The notes under the pieces: generated by a model
Database searches by the model: none
Seen by the model: the letters and a program-made list of their open reading frames with translations, nothing else
What the model was told of the DNA's origin: nothing
Program-made: the position numbers and the translations under genes
From: Leucoraja ocellata
Taxonomy: Eukaryota
Assembly: GCA_036785375.1 (NCBI GenBank)
Contig: JAWMAR010000070.1
Location: 7,006,001-7,070,000, forward strand
Reading direction: 5' to 3'
DNA: 64,000 nt
Shown here: piece by piece, positions 62,273-64,000 of the stretch
Layout of the letters: the number at the start of each line of letters is the position of its first letter
Position numbering within the stretch: position 1 is the stretch's first letter

Positions 62273-62788
62273 TCACTTCACTGTCAGCTTGATATTTAGT
62301 CTACATTCCTTTTGGCCAGTGAACCAAGCGCAGGAATATATCCCAATATCAGTCTCGAGTAAACCTATGATGACCAACGAGGCATCCCGTGTCCCATCCA
62401 CGTTTGTATTCATGAACCTCCAGCGGCCGACCCCCCCTGGATAGGTCGCACCATTCCCTTTAGTAAACACGCCCAGTGTCCCGCTCCCTTTACTCCAGGT
62501 GATCACAAAATTCGCGGGTCCAGTCTTCCCTGTGGGTACTTTACAGGGTAGCGTAGCAGAACCACCCCTGCGTGCCGTCACATCCGTGTATTTCATCTTG
62601 TTCGCAGCTGGCTTAGCACCGCATTCTGGAGAACTTTGTTTTTTGACTTGTCGAGGCTCTCGTGCGTTCCACCCGGGCAAGTTTGCTTCCTCTCCCCATT
62701 CTCTGGAGATCGGACCTGTTCCAGTTGCGGAGACTTGCCACACCATCTCCACAAGGACCATGAATCCTATCCATCTCTGCAGTCCCAT
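62273..62788 (-). CDS. Secreted single V-set Ig-domain protein, copy 6 (171 aa), sister of copy 5
   Basis: Same leader (WNAREPRQV variant). GGSATLPC...ITW...DASLVIIGL..TDIGIYSC..IKLTVK-stop. Confidence 0.85.
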   Translation of the reverse strand: MGLQRWIGFMVLVEMVWQVSATGTGPISREWGEEANLPGWNAREPRQVKKQSSPECGAKPAANKMKYTDVTARRGGSATLPCKVPTGKTGPANFVITWSKGSGTLGVFTKGNGATYPGGVGRWRFMNTNVDGTRDASLVIIGLLETDIGIYSCAWFTGQKECRLNIKLTVK

Positions 62789-63409
62789 GTTCCTGTGGGT
62801 GAAACAATGGGTCACCTTATTGCAACTCAGTAGGATTCATGATGACATTCCCTGAAGCTGCTGCCACCACACTGGGCAATGTCGCTGTGCAGCTTCTACA
62901 GCTCCCGCCTGGTTTAGTTTAAGTTGCTTTGACCTGTCGTGGACCAACAACATTGAAGTGGCAGCCAAGGAGGCACACCAATGCATCTACTTCCTCAGAG
63001 ACAGAGGAAATACGACAAGTCTCCAATGTCTCTTAGAAACTTCTACAGATGCACCACAGAGAGCAGACTGTGGGGTTGCATCACAGCTTGGTTTGGGAAC
63101 AGCTCTGAGCCCAAGATCACAAGATATTGCAGAGTTGTGGATGGAGCCCAGTCCATCACACAGACCACACTCCCCACCAGTGACTCCATCTACAACCAAA
63201 AAAATCAAAGACTTGTCCCACCCCGGTCATTCCTCCTTCTCCCTGGTCCTGTCTAGCAGACGGTACAGAAGCTTGAAAGCGCGCACCACCAGACTCAGGA
63301 ACAGCTTCTTCCCCTCTGCTATCAGGCTTCTGAACTGGGGGAACAGTGAACAGAGACAATCCCACCCCCATCACTCACAGACACTTGAAGGATCCACAGG
63401 GTTGGTTAC

Positions 63410-63715
63410 CAGCTCCGGAGTCTCCACACAGGGTGACGGGGTCGGTCTTGTTCTCATCTCCTGCCATCGCTCGCTCCTTTTATACCGACTCCCGGCTTCT
63501 CCTGCCCCTCATTGTCTGCCCTCACGTACATTCAACCAATCACTGCCTCCCACGGAGCATTGGCCGGAGTCAGCCGCGACCTCTCCACCCTCTGCCAAAC
63601 GTGTCGTTGCATCAGCCGTTAACGTTTAACAAGAACAACGTCATCCCAGCTGCCAGCGGCCAACCAGGCGCCCCACACATCCTGCTTGTGTCTCCACCAC
63701 GTCTCGCTTTGGCCA
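63410..63715 (-). promoter_or_regulatory. Promoter/exon 1 of Ig copy 6
   Basis: Same block; TATAAAA on - at 63484-63478. Confidence 0.6.
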
Positions 63716-64000
63716 CCCATCGGACCAGATGTCCCAGCCACGCCACGTCACCACCACAGCCCTTGGCACCTGCGCTGGTTCCACAGTTTATACTCAATCT
63801 GAGCCGGCAGCTGGGATGGCGTTGGATCAATTCTTCCTTCCCAACAACCATCAGGCTGTTGAACACGACACGACACTGAGGTCAACAATGAACATCTATG
63901 GAACATCTTTGGTTGCACTAAGGATGTTGGCTTTTCACACTAGTATTGTGCTCTCTCATTTATTGAATTCTCTTTGAAAATTGAGGGGGGATCTTATAGA

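Overview
Vertebrate genomic DNA, very probably from a cartilaginous fish (skate/ray-like, inferred from the CR1, Penelope and HE1-like V-SINE repeats). It is repeat-rich and has two N gaps. (1) One intact GH18 chitinase with 11 coding exons (chia/AMCase-like, 477 aa, C-terminal CBM14) lies on + at 41385-53897, with a probable non-coding last exon near 57637. (2) A tandem family of six minus-strand genes surrounds it. Each has one coding exon that encodes a signal peptide, a short R-x-x-R-terminated propeptide and one V-set Ig domain with an extra conserved Cys pair, with no TM segment and no RSS. The promoter, 5'UTR exon and prepro-leader are almost identical between copies, while the mature Ig domains are hypervariable. 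The two closest copies differ at 28 nonsynonymous versus 3 purely synonymous codons. A seventh unit has lost its Ig gene through a LINE-patched deletion. The rest is CR1, Rex1/Babar and Penelope retroelements (with hammerhead-like motifs), a DIRS element, solo-LTR-like sequence, MITEs, a hAT remnant, Helitron-like ends and SINEs, whose nested insertions record the duplication history. All gene models are read by eye and have no transcript or database support.
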